Shown here: positions 11,457-26,019 of the stretch, in pieces
Numbering within the stretch: position 1 is the first letter of the stretch
How the letters are laid out: the number at the start of each line of letters is the position of its first letter
Source: Pecten maximus
Taxonomy: Eukaryota
Reading direction: 5' to 3'
Assembly (NCBI RefSeq): GCF_902652985.1
Contig: NC_047020.1
Span: 36,642,001 to 36,706,000, forward strand
DNA length: 64,000 nucleotides
Notes under the pieces: model-generated
What the model was told of the DNA's origin: nothing
The model's database searches: none
What the model saw: the letters and a program-made list of their open reading frames with translations, nothing else
Program-made: the position numbers and the translations under genes

Positions 11457-13902
11457 TGCAGATATATTGCAATTTTAAGGATCATAACTATAGGTTATTA
11501 AATGTATTTCCTGGGTGTGAATTGAAGTGTATATATGACTTAAAATATATAATAACATCCAATTCCTATTTACAACAGTTATAGCCATGGTGGCACGTTC
11601 TGGTAAGACGCTATAGAAATCAAGGCACTGATATTTGTTACAGTCATAAAAAAACAAGATACTTGGAATAACATTTGCAAGTGTTTTGAACTGTTAACAC
11701 AATTCGTGATAACTTAATTTAATTTCAAAAATAAATCTTACTATAATCGCATCGAACGTTAACAATCACTCATATGTGATGCTCATAGTGAAAATACATA
11801 TATATCTGTTTAAAATAGGTTTATGCTCTAAGAAAATTGTAGTATATTCTGAAACGAGATACATTATCAAAAATATATAACATTTGTTTAACCAAAATTG
11901 AAGTATGATGGTGAGCTATTGGATGGTTGAAGTGTGTTTGAATCTCGTGTCTTTTTGTAATTTGTTAGAAAAAGCCCAATGTGAAAAGGTTCGGATTACT
12001 TTCTTCTGAAACCGGTTTCGAGGCACTTTCTGATAGACGTAAGAGAAGAAAATTACAGCTACTTTTATAAGATGAAACACAGTTTAACACAACGTCTTCA
12101 TTATGTTATTCTACCCTATACAGTTAAAAAAAATAGAAATGATTTTGAAATTCCAAACTACAAAGTTTCTAGTACAAATTCGTCCTTTTTACCCCCAGTT
12201 CTCCGAGCCTATATATAAGCTCTAAATCTGTGCATTTCAATGAGGCTTTCAAAAAAACCATGTACAGATTAAAAAAATATGCAACCTCTAAAGCATTTTG
12301 GAGATTTGGTGATAGGAAAATTAGTAATTGCCTTCGTTTTGATCTTGGGAGGCATTAACCTTTTCACAATCTCAGTGATTTTGATGTAAGTAACATTGTT
12401 TAGAGACGAACAAAAATGTCCATGGACTTAAATATCATGAATTTTAGAAATGTTTATTACTTCTTTAAAATCAGCTACAGATTTTTATATCTTTACTTAA
12501 TGAATTGTAAAATATTGGTATCTTTGGCTCGAAAAACAATTATGAATTTTATTGAACTTTACTTTTCTTTCGCCAAATATTGTAATTTGTACTTGTTTTG
12601 GGAGAGGACGTTGGTAATGTTGTAATTACTAGAAGCCAAACCTCTTGCTCTTCCTAGTGACAATGAAAGAAACACGAGGTGTCACAAGAGTTATTCCCCT
12701 TTGAATATCTAAAGGGCAAGACTCGCTATATATATCACCCAGCCTAAAACAGTCTCGACACTATAGAATATAAATGTTTCATTAAATGTAATAAAAATCG
12801 ATTATACATACACCAGAGAGGATCTTAATCAAGAATTGCACTGTTATTTCCCAGCAGAACTCTGTTGTTGATATCTGTAAAAACGCCTGTGCAATATTAT
12901 TTTTTTGCAGGATGAAAAATTGTCGTGAATAAGCTGTAAGTCATTCAACCTTTTACGTAGCGGATGAAGCACTTTATCTTTATAAAACAAGGAACCGGTG
13001 GTTTTACCTTCCTTCACGGTATCCTAATGTCTGGCTGACTGGAATTGGAAAAAAAAATGCAAAATATTTTATGTGCTCTTTGCTTGATAATTTGCCTTTG
13101 GAGTTGAAAGAAGCATATACGTATGTCGCGTTTAGTTTAAGTTACAGAGAAATTTTTTTCGAGTCATATTGATAATTTTAGAATGTTTAAGCACAATTCA
13201 ATCGTTTAGCACGTTGTTCAGATATCAGCGAAGAAGGTATCTATCGGACACGATTTTTTTCTCTTGAATTTGAAACAAGTATGTGATGTGGACGTCAATC
13301 ATACGAGCTATCTCGGAAACACATTCACAGCAGCAATTGATTCTGAAACAGCTGGCCTGACTGGCCCTGGTTTCTCCACCAAAACAACTCTACCACTAAT
13401 ACTATATATACTGCGGCACATTAAAACATTTCTCAAAATAATGACAGAATTTATAACTCTGCATGTATCCGTTTTGGATGTATATTTGTAAGCGAGTTCC
13501 AATAATGGCACATATTTCAAATTTGGTCTCAACGTTCATTTAAACAATTTAAAAGTATGTCACAATTCAAGAGTACATACCATTCATCTATCCCTAACAT
13601 GCTTAATTCGTGTTGGGTTGTGTTAAAACTGCTATTTAATTAGATGCTATAGCGCTGTGCCAAGGCGCTGTGCTATTTTATTGCCTGTTCGTACTGGAGC
13701 CGTGTTGTGGCGGTAGTCAATGAATGTCCCTCGTAAGTGCTCACATAAAGAGCAATTACTGAGATCGACAATATCGTAAACGAGAAAATAGTACCGAAGG
13801 TTCTGAACTAGGGTGATCGAGTTATCGCGAGGGATACAATCCAGTTTTACGAAGTACTCCGAATACCAATGGTCATTTGGGGTATCAGAATGTATTTTTA
13901 CT

Positions 13903-14054
13903 CACAGGCGCTTGTATATAGAAAATATCACTTTCGATTTTTTTTTTTGATATGACAGCGGTATGTGTAATCTGTGAACCAGATTACACATACCGCTGTC
14001 ATATAAAAAAAAAAAAAAATCGAAAGTGATATTTTCTATATGCAAGCGCCTGTG
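13903..14054. mobile_element. 152-bp foldback MITE with 8-bp TSD (P-element- or hAT-like)
   Basis: Near-perfect ~72-bp arms CACAGGCGCTTG...CAAGCGCCTGTG around a tiny loop. TSD TTTTTACT at 13895-13902 and 14055-14062. Confidence 0.85.
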
Positions 14055-15740
14055 TTTTTACTGGGTGATCAGAAGAGGGGATGGACGAGGTTTATATTGT
14101 ATCGCTTTTTTTAATTCGTATTTTACTAGAAGAAAAATGATATCATAGACATAGATAAGTGAAACGTGATTTCATGAATTTGACCATTTTTCAGATTTCG
14201 AGACCCCCTTCCATTCAATATTTTATGGAAATGGGTTTAAATTCGTTTATAACAATTCAATGGCTTTGGCAGCAAAAAAGAATAATGGAACAGATACATC
14301 TGTATATTACACTGGTCTGCAACGCATTAACAGTCGCTTTAAAAAGTTTAGGGATATTTTACCAACGTCAACAATCTCCGTGTGAGTATGACGTCATCAC
14401 GTTCAGATATGGTCGTATGCCTAATCCCAAACCGAACTGACGTGTATCTGTCAGAAGATGTTGAGATGGTGTCTGCATAAGGAGAAAAGATACCGCGCGA
14501 AAAAATGAGATTAATGAAAGAAATAATAATATACCAATCGTTATAATGCATGTCGTTCTACAACGGTCGGATATATGTTTTACACGTGGGCAATTTTTCG
14601 ACATGGCGAGTGTCCAGCCTTCTCCTTAAAATACACCATTGAGGGGATGTTTCAACCAAATGTTAATCTAGGGCTATTAAGCCTCCAAAGATAATATGTG
14701 TAAGTTGTCTAAAATATAAGTTTACCTTTGAAATTTGTCTCTGGCGTTTTCAATGCATCAAGATTTTTTTTAATTAGATGATGGTAGGTACATTACTGTC
14801 ATGGTCCTTAACATCATTTATTGCATAAGAGTTACCTCCCCTGTCAAACGAGTGATATTCAGTCCGCTACAGTATATTTCTGAAAAAGGCCCAAAGCATT
14901 TTCATGATATATTAATCTTTGTATACGGCCAACTGTACAACATGGCCAGCAACCTGAATATGGTCATAAATGACCGTTTATCTCCCAAGTATTGGCAGCT
15001 CCACTGTCCGGGTTATTTACGACTGCCCCCCCCCCCCCAACCTCCCTTCCTCTTAAATAATACCAGAAATCATTAAAAGAGTAATGAGATATTTGAATAC
15101 ACAGTCCATTAACTAGATGAATAATAATAATAAAAAAAAAACAGACAGGTCATTTGATAGATACAGATATGTACAGGAAAGAATATTTTCTAATCAAATG
15201 TATCATTTTACCGCTATTGGCAAATGTCTGTACTTCAGTATCTGTCAACTATTCCATATGCACATTGCTAAAACCGCTCTAAACCTGACAAATTGTGGCG
15301 AGTGGCAAACCGGGGCAGGTGCCATGGAAATACATGGCTAATGTACATTCAAGATGTCACACCGCTGGCAGCGTATACACAATATGTTACAAAAATGCAA
15401 AACGGCACCCATTATGTAAAGTTATTGTAACACGTACACTAACAAAATTAATGTAAAAATAGACCATTAAATACTAATCGCTAAAAAGACCCAAAACTTT
15501 GTACGAAATATAGATGCTAAGCACGACAGCATTTCTTGCGGGTGCAATTAATTATTTCTTTATTCAATTAAGATTTTAAAGATACAAAGAGAAGCTATAC
15601 TTTTGGAAGGATGTACAGTAGTGTAAAGTACATGTATATAACTTCTGGTTTGATAAAGAATACACAACAGGTAGTTCTTGCTTTCCATCAATCATAATTA
15701 ATCTTTGTCGCCGATATAGCGCCTTTAAAGCGGCATTCAA

Positions 15741-15875
15741 GTGTTGGTCATCTTCAGAGACGGCAGCGATGTAGCGGTTTTAAATCGACATTCCTTCTAG
15801 TTTTGGACATCTTCAGAGACGGCAGCGATGTAGCGGTTTTAAATCGGCATAAAAGTGTTGGACATCATCAGAGAT
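15741..15875 (+). repeat. ~59-bp tandem duplication (about 2.3 copies)
   Basis: CATCTTCAGAGACGGCAGCGATGTAGCGGTTTTAAATCG occurs twice, plus a partial third copy. Confidence 0.8.
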
Positions 15876-16535
15876 GACATTGTTGTCGTTTTATCGTTTC
15901 TTAGAGTTTCAGCTGATTATCGTTGAAAATTTAGTTTCTGACCTAGCAATTGATCAGCAAAGTGTATTCCCATGGTCATGTATGTTTGAGAACTAGACAT
16001 CCAACACTTAACCAAGATTAGGTCGGCGTCAACTTCCTCGAGACAACACACTGACACAAGTTGTCAACGAGATGTAGTTTTGGGGAATAATCTTGTACAG
16101 TTTTACCGTTGTACATGCCATCAACTCCAATGAGTTTATTGACTGTCTAGTCAAGCTGGAATTTCGTGTCAAAATACAATACTTGATCCCCGAAAAACAC
16201 ATGTTCAATTACCTACCTAGTTCTACTCCTTTGCTGGCTAGAGCTATGTATCAAAACCTTAGAGACTGCTTTTTGGAAACTGAATGGTAGACAGCACGAG
16301 AGCATATATTTCCTAATGCCAGAAGATGATGTCAAACAAAACTCTATATTTACATTTGCTCCGCATTTCCCCATTGGCATAATGTTAAGAGGCAGTTGCC
16401 ACCATACGCCTATAACACCCAGTGCCTCAGGCTATAACACCCAGTGGGTCATGTGACATTAAAAGAGGCGGGATTTTTTTGTGTTGGTTTAGTTTTTTTT
16501 CCAAATTTGACGAAAATGGTAAGACAATGTAAATA

Positions 16536-16638
16536 TAAGTATTGAACAGTGGTTTTAATGTTGTAATAGTCGATATGGCAGCATACATCTTGCTGCCATA
16601 TCGACTATAACAACATTAAAACCACTGTTCATTGCTTA
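16536..16638. mobile_element. ~100-bp foldback element with TAAG...CTTA ends
   Basis: TGAACAGTGGTTTTAATGTTGTAATAGTCGATATGGCAGCA-loop-TGCTGCCATATCGACTATAACAACATTAAAACCACTGTTCA. Confidence 0.7.
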
Positions 16639-19600
16639 AATGAAACGCTGAAATTAAGGTAATATGCTGTGGTACCAGTGTTTATAGTTATCAAAAATCT
16701 CGCCTCAATGTCACTAACATCAGCTACTTCAAAAGGGAGTTTCAGTATCTTGAAACGGCGGCAGACATGCTAAGTCAGCTGTAGTCGCAGACTGTCATTA
16801 TTACGTCTATGACATATTCATCGCAAACTATATCATGTTCTATGCAATGTCATAAATCAATATATTGCAGATTATATAGATACAAAATGTTCCCTACATG
16901 TGGGACATATTAAATGTTCTTTATCTATGTACGTTTGTGTTATTTACAGAAATCTTTGAATGTTTAACAGTTCTTTAACTTTCAACGAGACCAGTGCTTA
17001 CACAATTTTTAACTTTTACTTCGCAAGATGACAGGGAATTGAAGCAATTACCTGAGCTCCATAAATTTGGCCATGTCTATTCGAAAAAAAAAGTTTTCCC
17101 TTTTCCCATTTTATACAAATAACTGTCACCAGAACAAAAGAGTGTGCTCCTTTGACCTTCAAGAAATCCTTTTGTCTGAGTGAGGCCCATCTCAGAAACC
17201 AACAAAGACAGGGCGTCTCGACAAGGGGAACCAGCCCTCTATCCTCACCTGCACCCTCCTCTACTCATGATAGAACTATACCGTCGGGGAACCTGTATTT
17301 AAAATACAACGACGTTCATACAGAAACTGACCTGGGTACACCACTGATGAAATTTTGTAACAGTAAAATGTACCTTGCCCACACAATTGATGTTCATACT
17401 AGCAAACTCCCGCTGTCGTAGGCCCTTTCGCTTGGCTAAATCAATTTTACACCAGACGAAACTGGTAGGCCGACCTGTACTCTCACATTTAACGATGGCG
17501 ATGTATATTGGTATCTTTTGTTCTACATAGTACTGTTTAAAAGCTGTTGATATTTTGGCAAGTGTAAACAATAAAGAAACGAATGCTGGTAAATTAGCAT
17601 ATTCATGTTGATATGATCAGAAATTGTGTCAGAAATGTACATTATTGAAATAATATTGCAATTATCAATTACACACAAATAGGACAATCGTACGTAATTA
17701 GAACAGCGGTTTTTTAATTGTGTGTTTTCATCTGCATATTCTTTTTGAAATGGTGTCATGCAATCTTCTGCAAGGTATGCTGATAACCTGTAATGGTTTT
17801 ACGATAAAGCAATTCAATTCCATATTTCACGACATTAAAAACATGGCTTTTGAAGTGAAGTATCAAAAAAGTGTTACAGTATGATAGCAGAACAATTCAA
17901 CTTTTTTGAAGTGTTACGTTACGATTAAAAAATGATACACATGTATATGATTATCTCATCGAAACTATCTGACTGCTTGAAGGTCGTGCTAATTATATCT
18001 GTTGTCCCAGTTTCATGATTCATACTTGACATCTAAATTTGGGATCGGATCTTTTCTTTTGTCTCTCTCGTTAAGCATTGGTATGTATGGGGAAGGCTAT
18101 CGGTTCTGTCCCAATGCCGTCGGATCTTAAATCAAAATTGCGACTTATGCTCAGCACTGAAAGAGATGCACGAGGGTGCAAAAACTTGAACATTCTGGTG
18201 CCAGTGTAATTGGGAAAAACAAGATGTCAGGCCGTCGACATTTGGCTGAAATTGCCATTTAAAGCTGTTCCGACGTGGGCCCCATTCAAGTTACCATCGT
18301 TCTCAAAAGAATTATTTGTGCTAATTCATTGTAGGCTAAACGATATAAAACAATATAACGTGACCGTGCCATTGCACGTGCCATAACGAAACTCCCCCCT
18401 GGTCACATCATTCCGGTATCGGTCAAATCTGTCTAAGTTGAGAATAAAAATGTTAACCTTAAAGAAAAACAGTTTGGCATTCCTTAACATGTCACAGATG
18501 AAGAAAACATTGGGGAAAAAAAGAAATTTTGATAGCAATTTTACATTATACTGTACAACACGGCAGCTGTCCTCCAGTGCATGTAAGGTTAGCGCGAACA
18601 TGGTAGAAACAGTCACAAAAGGAAACTGGATTATCTTTATCCGTCGTGTTATCGTCAGTTCAATTAGAAGTAATGAATCAAGCTAAGTGCTTGGTGTCCC
18701 TTAAGCGAAGGGCAATGAACACGTTCCTAATTACACAGTAAATTATGCTTTTTTGGATTCGACGTTAATGGTCTTTAAACAGCCTAGGTCATACGAAGGC
18801 GCAACTCGAGGGACTCACCTACAGAAAAAGAAACATAGGAAAGAAAGTTAAGAGCGGAAAGGAAAAACAATGATAATGAATGTTGCTTCAAAGACAAAAG
18901 ATGAATTTTGTTACTTTTTAATATTTCTGGTAAAAATGAAAAATACAGAAGAGAATTCCCGAGTCCGGGATAAATTTTCTCTCTTTTTTTTTCTTCTTTG
19001 GACTGGGATCCAGCAGGTCAATGAAATGTTACTTCAGCCTCAAAACCATGTCAAAGTCCCCAGGGACCCGATATTATGTACAAATGCAAGGAAGCTTAGT
19101 TAACACAATGGAAAAATATGGTGGCTGATTTCGGTTATTACTAACAGTCGCATTGGCGCTCCCACCAATGGGACACTGCGAAAACACGACTGAACGAAAA
19201 TGCGACAAAATGAACTCACCAAGGTAACAAATGTACCTACATTAAAATGTAACCAGGGTGACAAGAGTATGTCGCGACGTCGTATAATTTTGTCGTCTCG
19301 CGCGTAAGTCGTGTTATCACGAGTTGACCGAATTCACTAAACACGTGATTCAAAACGTGCAGTTAGCCACGCAATTGGATACAGAAAGTGGCAAAGTCAT
19401 GCATTTACCTCAAGTACGCCAAAGACCTGCGATTCATTACTGCCTGTATAAATTTTGCGTTGAACACGTAACTTGAAACCATAATTATTTCATAAGTGGT
19501 GGTTGTAATCAAGTGTTTGGTATTTGTTTCAACAGGCGCGCGTGCATCATCACTTATTTAGTAATAGAGAAACGGCTGTCATTGAATGGTGTGAAGTAGA

Positions 19601-20329
19601 CTATATAATGATATCAAATTTGAGAAAATATATCCGACACGGCTCCTTCCTAATTTTGAATACCTGAGGGTAGAATTGATAGAGATGTCTCACTAACAGA
19701 ATGAAGTGTACTTAATTGTGAAATTTGTTCAGGCAACGAAGTTACGGCCGTTTCAAGTTGTGATTGAAGTGTATTGTTAAATCACGATAAGAATGTCTAA
19801 AACCATATTCTATGGCGGTACTTCTCAATAAACTATGTCAATGAGCTACAAATCTCGCACCTTAACTGTGTCAAGAGAAAAAGTTAAAATGTTAAAGATT
19901 AGGGAAAAATAATAAAAATAAGATTTATCGTTGTGACGACATGATGAATGGATTAAAGCACAGAAAAAATCTTTTCCGTACTATAAATTGATGTAGTAAG
20001 ATGTTTTGTAAGGAAGTTAGCCGCAGTGTGACGAGGTGTTAAGAGATATTTATAGAATATGTAGCGGAATCTGCCTGTATGCGGACGACTTATGCTTCCT
20101 GAGGAGATAAATTCACATTAGACAGGAGTGGTAATGACAATGTCGTTATCCTATGTTAGCGGAAGTTTAATTAGAATTATGGGTAAAGTAGATACAGAGA
20201 AAACAAGACATAATTGCTACACATATCATCGCAATATTTTAACGACACTTTCTTTTCCAATGAAAGTTATAATCCTTGAACACTTATTTCTTCCTTTCAT
20301 TCTTTCTTATCCACTTTATTAAAGTCGAA

Positions 20330-21530
20330 TTTGTCCTGTCTTTCGTTCAGGTCCACGTTATGAAATACACGTCTTTCGCCTTCATTCTCGTCTCTGTTGT
20401 TTGGATTGTGTCTTTCTGTCTTTCGTTCTTGTCTACATGATAAATCTACCTTTTCTGTCTTTCATTTTGTTCTTCATGATAAATCAACTTTCTGTCTTTC
20501 GTTCTTTTCCACATGATAAATTAACTCTTTCTGTCTTTCGTTCTATTCAATGCGGCGTATAGATTTTTCTTTCTATCGTTCTTTTTCACATCATGATTTG
20601 ACTCTTTCTATCTTTCGTTCTATTTCACGTGATAAATTGACTCTTTTGTTCTATTCCACGCGATAAATTCATCCTGTCTTTCATTCTAGTCTACATGATA
20701 AATTGACTGTATTTCGTTCTATATCACGTGATAGATTGACCTTTTCTGTCTTTCGTTCTATATATCACGTGATAGATTGAGTTTTCTGTCTTTCGTCCTA
20801 CACCATGTATGTCTATATATCACGTGGTATATTGAGCTTATGTCTTTCGTTCTATATATATGTGATAGATTGAGCTTTTCTGTCTTTCGTTCTATATATC
20901 ACGTGATGTATTGAGCATTTCTGTCTTTCGTTCTATATATCCCGTTGGTATATTGAGCTTTTCTGTTTTTCGTTCTATTTATCACGTGATATATTGAGCT
21001 TTTCTGTTTTTCGTTCTATATATCACGTGATAGATTGAGTTTTTCTGTCTTTCGTTCTATGTCTATATATCACGTGGTATATTGAGCTTATGTCTTTCGT
21101 TCTATATATCACGTGATAGATTGAGCTTTTCTGTTTTTCGTTCTATATATCACGTGATATATTGAGCTTTTCTGTTTTTCGTTCTATATATCACGTGATA
21201 TATTGAGTTTTTCTGTCTTTCGTTCTATGTCTATATATCACGTGGTATATTGAGCTTATGTCTTTCGTTCTATATATCACGTGATAGATTGAGCATTTTT
21301 GTCTTTCGTTCTATATATCACGTGGTATATTGAGCTTTTCTGTTTTTCGTTCTATATATCACGTGATAGATTGAGTTTTTCTGTCTTTCGTTCTATGTCT
21401 ATATATCACGTGGTATATTGAGCTTTTCTGTCTTTCGTTCTATATATCACGTGATATATTGAGCTTTTCTGTTTTTCGTTCTATATATCACGTGATATAT
21501 TGAGCTTTTCTGTCTTTCGTTCTATTCCAC
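20330..21530 (+). repeat. ~41-bp minisatellite with CACGTG core
   Basis: Unit TATATATCACGTGATAGATTGAGCTTTTCTGTCTTTCGTTC. Degenerate on the left, homogeneous on the right. Confidence 0.9.
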
Positions 21531-24500
21531 ATTATCAATCGTTCTAAACCACGTGCCAGTCGCTCTATGCTTTTTTTTTTATAGTTTTTCCTAACTTTCT
21601 TTCTCTAGACCACGTCACAAATCATGGACTCGATAACAGTAACAGGTGTCGTCTGAAAAATAAACAAGCATTGACGTCACTATTTACAAGAAGACTGAAA
21701 AAAGAACACACGAGTGTTTCCATGGCGGTAGATAGTTTATAAGATGCCATCATATTGCGCCCCAAGGAATTCGAAGTCTTTGAGAACGACAGTTGAAACG
21801 AGCTACAAGCCAAATGTTACGTCTGAGAAAAGACTCCGTTGCAACTTTCATCGTTAAACTCGCTGAAATATCACCAATAAACGCTACATCAATCCAGGAA
21901 TTCAGGAACACACGTTGCTCGTGAATTTGTAGTTTCTTTTTATTGGTTGGGACTGATTACAAGCAAAGGTATTCACAATGTTGTAATCTATAGCGTGAAT
22001 GCCCAGTTATTCAGTGATTAAGAGCATGTTCTTTAGTTGTTTATGCATGCGTTGGATTTTATATGGTAATATATATAAACCGTGCAATGCTCAGCATAAT
22101 TTTTTGATATTGGAGTTACCTCCCCTTGATTTCACCCATTATTTGATCATTTATCGTATGATATTTACTCATAAGCACTTAAAAAAGTGAAAAAAAAAAA
22201 AAAAAACTTAAGCAAAACATAAATAACGCCTTGCGAAGAAAACACAAACTGACATATGCTATATATAGACACAGGTTTCACATGTTCAGGTATGTATATT
22301 TTCAATTGTTTTGAAATCAGTAACTGTGCAACATTTCCAAAGGGCAATCATGTAACTTTCTAATTATTAGAAGTTATTAATTAGAGTAAACACTTCAAAG
22401 ATAATGCTTTAAACTTGTATACGGTTAAATTAGTGTGTTAAAGACACACAGGAAATCATAACCTTCAAATACAAAATGAAAGATGGATAGAAAAAAGTAA
22501 CAATTGAAATTAAACTGCAGCATAGAACTGGTTTCTTCTAGGACTTATCAGTGATGCTAGGAATGTTAACTGGTGATAACTTATTTGAGTTACCTCCCTT
22601 GCATGACGGAGGGGAAATTAAAGGGCTAAAAGAAATCTGATGATGCGATAGCCCTATAATGAAATACATGTACATTTCATAGTATATTATTGTTGGATTT
22701 CAAAAGAACGTCAAGCAGACACACACTGTGGACTTAAGTTCATCAGTTGTGCTTGCTACCTGTAATATGCACATTTCAAAATAAATTAAAGTTAGAGCAG
22801 AGATAAAATTTTGCATCATAATCTAAGTCATTAAATTTTCACAGATTCAAGCTCCTATTAGGGCGTATGTTACGCACCCATACTTGTCGGGTCGTAGACT
22901 ACACTTGTCATTGTCGGCAATATAGATATTGAGTATATAACATTGTATATATTCGGTCATCTTTCACAATAATATCGTAATAACACTTCTCGGTTAATTT
23001 CTGCATCTATAACATTGGTAGGCCAGGTGTGCGTTGTATTACTACTAAATACTGAATTAAATATTAAAATGTGTTACACACTTGGAGTTTACAATTCCTA
23101 CAAAAAGTATTGCATCACACAAATAAAGCCATTATTGACAAGATTCGCCCACGGCTTTTAAAATCACCGCTTGTTTTATAGGTGTCATATATAATGGAAA
23201 ACTTTTAACGATACTACGGAAGGTGAAACAGGAGACAGAAGGCCCATCATTGAGCATCCTTTAGATGGAACACCAGCTGGTCCTTACGCCCTTTGTTACC
23301 CGGTACGTACTGTAAATCTTAATAAATGATTGGATTAAATAGTCGACACAGATGTGTCATAAATCACAAACTACACGGAGCTCTGACACCCAAGATTGAA
23401 TACTGTCCTTGTAAAAACAAGATTGTATACATACAGCCCGCCATTGTGGTCTGCTTCATTCAGCCATGCGTGACAACGTAATTGAAATCCATGCGCAGCC
23501 ATGTGCATCCTCTGCTCCATTACCCTTCATATAAATGTTTTATCGGCCATTTTGTTCAGATATGGCTAGCATGCGATGGAGATGCTTATCGGTTGTGTTC
23601 CCTTTGACCATCGGTCAGTCACGATCGCCATTGACCCTCGGTTCTTTATTAAAACCTGTTATTACCAGACATTAACTTCTCTATAGCCTGTCATACACTG
23701 GTGTGTCAGAAGAAAACAATTTCTGACATAAAAAATATGGTACACCGCTATATACCTCGGGAAACCGTTGGTAAATGTGAGCTATTGTCTTGTATTTCCA
23801 TATCCATACTGGAAACTAAATGATTTTATTTTACCTGTTTGTAAATACACATTGGGTGTTTGACGCAGGGACCATGCTCAGTTATTTTGATGATATTGTA
23901 TTATACAATATCAATTCATTACGATTTTCCAAAGACCCGTCACTGTTCGCTATTTTCTTTCCAAGTATCTTGTACATATAATATCGCAGCCAGTTACTCC
24001 AGTGTATACATGTACGTTATATACTCGATACATCGGCAAATTGGGTCGCCTGCTTTGCGTATCCAACGAAGAAGTCGACGCGACAGATTGGTAGAGTCGG
24101 TTCTTCGGTTTCAATTAATTATCTATCCACTTCAACTCAAACAGATACAATAAGAAGCTGAAACTTTTGGATAATGTTAATAACATAAAGTATTTAGCTT
24201 CGGGTATTGTATAAGAATATAGCACAGCCTATTCTTGATTTAAATCTGTCTTAATTATGCTTTGTCGGCGCTGTAGTATCTTTAAAAGAAATATCATACA
24301 CGGCATGTCACCATTGCATTAGTTGTTTTGAACAAATATAATTTCTTTTATGTTTTAAAGACGCGAACACTAGGATACCCAACGGTGATGATGGAGGCTT
24401 ATTTCCGGAATGTCACTTCCGGTTTTCCTCAGCTAACAACTCATGACGGACCTCTCACCATATTCCAGTCTTCTATCAAACCTGCATAGGACGAGATTTC

Positions 24501-26019
24501 TATGCAAATCGTCATCAGACTTTGAGAAAAGGTGTTGTAGAGGGCTTTCAGTAATGACCCAGATTTCGTGTCTTAATTATGTGTTAAACACAAAGCCATT
24601 GGCAGCCATTGTTGTCATTAGCTAGATAAACGTAATTGTATTTTCGCAACAACTTCATCCACACACACGTTTCGATGGGCATTGATACACCAGTGTTGCT
24701 GCAGATCGTGAACTGAGCTTTTAAAGCCGCCTGCTGCTTCATTTTCAATTCCGAAAACAAGACTTCGGGTGGTGATGTTACCTTTGTTGCGAAACAACAC
24801 CTTTCTTTCTGAGGAAATACACGCCACAAACACATTGTAAAGGTATGAGTTATTTGAAATTAAGTATCACATCATTACCACATGAGGGGGAAATCTTAGC
24901 TAAAATCAATACAAAATGGCATCCACAGGAAATGATGAGCCATTAAACCAAAAAGATAGTTGTCAGGAAGTCTCATGTCTCCTGTCAAATGTCGAAAACA
25001 AACGTAAATCATGGCGTTGCATCTTCTAATAAAAGTCAGTTATCAGATCATGCAATGCACTTTTGAAATTTAAATCTGCCTACATGTCTACTAAATACAT
25101 ATACCCTACGCTCAGAGTTCGTATCTGAACGTCATTGTGACGTTTTGACATTCAGTGGAATAACATTTGGATGTTTGATGCAAAACCTCACAATACAGGA
25201 TTTCAAGAGTGAAGATTATGTTCTAGTTTCATTGTCTTATTGGGAAATCTTCTGTTTTTCTTGTGTGATATGAAACTTGACGTGTCCCATGCTCTTTGAT
25301 ATTCCTGGGACCTGTAGCTAGGAATCCACTTAAGACTTAAGGTTATTGTTAAACTATTTGTGGATGCTAAGGTTAGTTTCGAATAAAAGCACATATAACC
25401 TTATGGCAAACGTAATCCCTTCATATGATGAACTTAACAAAATGGGTAATTCGAGGTTGTTTTAGTGAAAAGGTAATACAAAGATAACTTTAGTTATTTT
25501 AATGGGTAATTTTCTGTAATTCGAAGTCTTTTTTAGACTGCATTAGTGTCCTTATCCCGAGGGAACTCTAAAACCTAAAATTGTTATAAGATGGCATTTC
25601 TTCTTCATCCGTCTGTCCGCCCTTCCGTCCGCTGTACAGACTTACTTAAACTATGCTGCAATGTTAATTTCTAGCATTTATATCACTTTTAGGTCTCGTG
25701 TGTGGTTAGGAATTCATGTTTTTAAGGTTAATTAATTGATATTGTGATATTCAGTTATAACATTTAGAATTTTTATGGTATATGTGTGGACCGAAAAGTG
25801 GCAAAATGGCAAAAACTACTTCACCTCCACATATCCTTGTATATGTTTGATGATAGGGATTGTTAAGTAGACTTGCTAACCCCGTAGACTTGCCCACCGC
25901 GTGGACTTGCTCACTGCATGTTGGTACAGAGTAATCTGTGAAGTTAGGCAATTTTCAGTTTAGAAAATATCAAGAATATCATTCCGAGGGTTGGGGATTA
26001 CTCTGTCGCAGGGGGTTGG

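Noticed and set aside
23204-24285. Possible Kolobok-like element ending ...GTAGTATCTTTAA
   Set aside because: The candidate left end TTAACGATACTAC matches only briefly, which is not enough to define an element.
24600-24848. Possible non-coding first exon (ATTGG box, AAG|GTATGA donor)
   Set aside because: No downstream coding exon could be linked, and such motifs are common by chance.
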